Below the pieces are notes generated by a model. That model was not told the origin of the DNA. It saw only the letters and a list, made by a program, of their open reading frames with translations, and ran no database searches. A stretch of 64,000 nt of DNA, taken from NCBI RefSeq assembly GCF_006345805.1, contig NC_043026.1, positions 1,178,001 through 1,242,000 of the forward strand, in the 5' to 3' direction. The stretch comes from Octopus sinensis (Eukaryota). Shown one piece after another: positions 62,620 through 64,000 of the stretch (position 1 is the stretch's first letter; each line of letters begins with the position of its first letter). The position numbers and the translations under genes were made by a program.

Positions 62620-63059
62620 GAACAACAAAGATGAGGACAAATATCCGGCAAATGTAAATAATGTACATAATTCCTCATCTCTTAAATATAGAACTATGTT
62701 CTCTAATTTTGGTGTCAGTCTGTACTCCATCCTGTACATGCCAAACTAAAACTGAAAAGTACCAGTTAAAAAAAGAGTACAAGCCAAAGCTGAAAAGTAC
62801 TAGTGGTCTTCATAGTTGACCTGTCCAGGAAGCCAGTGACTCCAAGCCAGAGCTGACTCAGACCATAACAACCCATCCAACCCATGCTAGCACAGAAAGT
62901 GAACATGGGTTGATTATTATTCTGTCCATTACAACATATGCTAAAGTGTTAAGCCTTAAACACCGTGAACTATTCAGATCTCAAACATAATGAAACAATA
63001 TGAAAATCTGTATGAATCAAAGTGGAAATAACAACATTTGACATGGAATTTTCATGTGT

Positions 63060-63445
63060 CTAGCTATGGCTGTTGTTGTTAAGAAGCTTGTTTTGCAACC
63101 AATATGGTTTTTGAGTTCAGTCCCACTGCAAGGCATTTTGGGCAAGTGTCTTCTGCTATTGCCCTGGGTCAGCCAAAGCCTTGTGAACAGATTTCATTGA
63201 AAGAATCCCATTGTGTGTGTGTGTCCTTTTCTGAACATTGCATGATACTTACAAATGAGTGTCACCATTAAAAAAGTTGTGTTGCTTATTTCCAATCTTG
63301 CATGAAAAGATGTTTAGCCATGGGGAAATACTACCTTGCTAGGAAATAGTTGAGGGTTGGCAACGAGCAAAAGCAGGAAAGGCATCCAACAGAAAATCTG
63401 ACCCAAGTGAGCATGGAAAAGTAGACATTAAAACAATGATGATGA
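63060..63445 (+). mobile_element. SINE with family A head/CORE block but an RTE-type tail
   Basis: gagttcagtcccactgc, ttgggcaagtgtcttc; ends aggaaaggcatcca...agcatggaaaagtagacattaaaacaatgatgatg. Confidence 0.65.
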
Positions 63446-63717
63446 ATGCAGCAGATTGGCAGAATCAGTAGAGAATTGCAGAAAATACCTTGTAATATTT
63501 AATTGTATACCTTTACTTTCTGAGTTCAAATCCTGCCAAAGTTGAATGTGTCTTTTATTTTCTCAGCATTGTTGGACTGCATAGTGACACAAAGCCACAA
63601 GTTTTCTATATTATGACCCTCTACAAATCCCACTGAGGTCAATGTTATATTTCCTTGTCTTGAGAGTGGGGTGGTGGTGGTGGTAATAAAATACCAGTCA
63701 TAGGCGTGGGTTTAGAA

Positions 63718-64000
63718 GCTTGGTGTGGCCGTATGGTAAGAAGCTTGCTTCCCAATCATAATTCAGGGTTCAGTCCCACTGCATGGCACCTTGGGCAAGT
63801 ATCTTCTTCTGTAGCCTCAGGCTGACCAAAGCCTTGTGAGTGGATTTGGTAGACAGAAACTGAAAGAAGCCCATCGTTTATAGATGTGCATGTGTCTTTG
63901 TGTTTGTCTCCCCCTCCACTGCTTGACAACTGCTGCTGGTATATTTGCATCCCTGTAACTTAGCAGTTTGGTAAAAAAAAAAGACTGATACAATAAGTAG
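63718..64000 (+). mobile_element. SINE family A, cut by the window end
   Basis: Colinear with 5570-5810. Confidence 0.85.

Larger units (their letters stand above)
62446..62695. mobile_element. Head-to-head inverted pair of the hammerhead module seen at 59440-59612
   Basis: Minus copy 62446-62574 directly abuts plus copy 62575-62695; both align to the 59460-59612 module. Confidence 0.85.

Overview
Eukaryotic, AT-rich DNA made almost entirely of transposable elements and microsatellites. The repeat repertoire (RTE and CR1 LINEs, tRNA-derived SINEs, Penelope-like elements, long TA/TATG arrays) most resembles a cephalopod (Octopus-like) genome; that assignment is inference. No host gene can be supported, only one weak exon candidate near 4.1 kb. 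Contents: about 10 RTE LINE pieces (one near full length at 46.5-50.0 kb, with a PHD-type C4HC3 finger inside the RT), 5 CR1-like LINE pieces, 2 Tx1/L1-like ORF2 pieces, several Penelope-like (GIY-YIG) remnants, Merlin, pogo, hAT and piggyBac-type DNA elements or MITEs, a pair of non-autonomous Helitrons and many SINEs. Highlights: (1) at least three families of short repeats carry minimal type I hammerhead ribozyme motifs, including a tRNA-headed, TSD-flanked SINE-like element; (2) an ORF1-only retroelement family, seen twice, with a conserved unidentified C-terminal domain; (3) a Tx1-like element sitting inside a (TCTA)n tract; (4) a sequence-variable but structurally conserved 3' stem-loop shared by three CR1 subfamilies and a SINE; (5) repeated inverted architectures, including a perfect 133-bp-arm palindrome. 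All analysis was done by eye; boundaries are approximate unless exact motifs are quoted.
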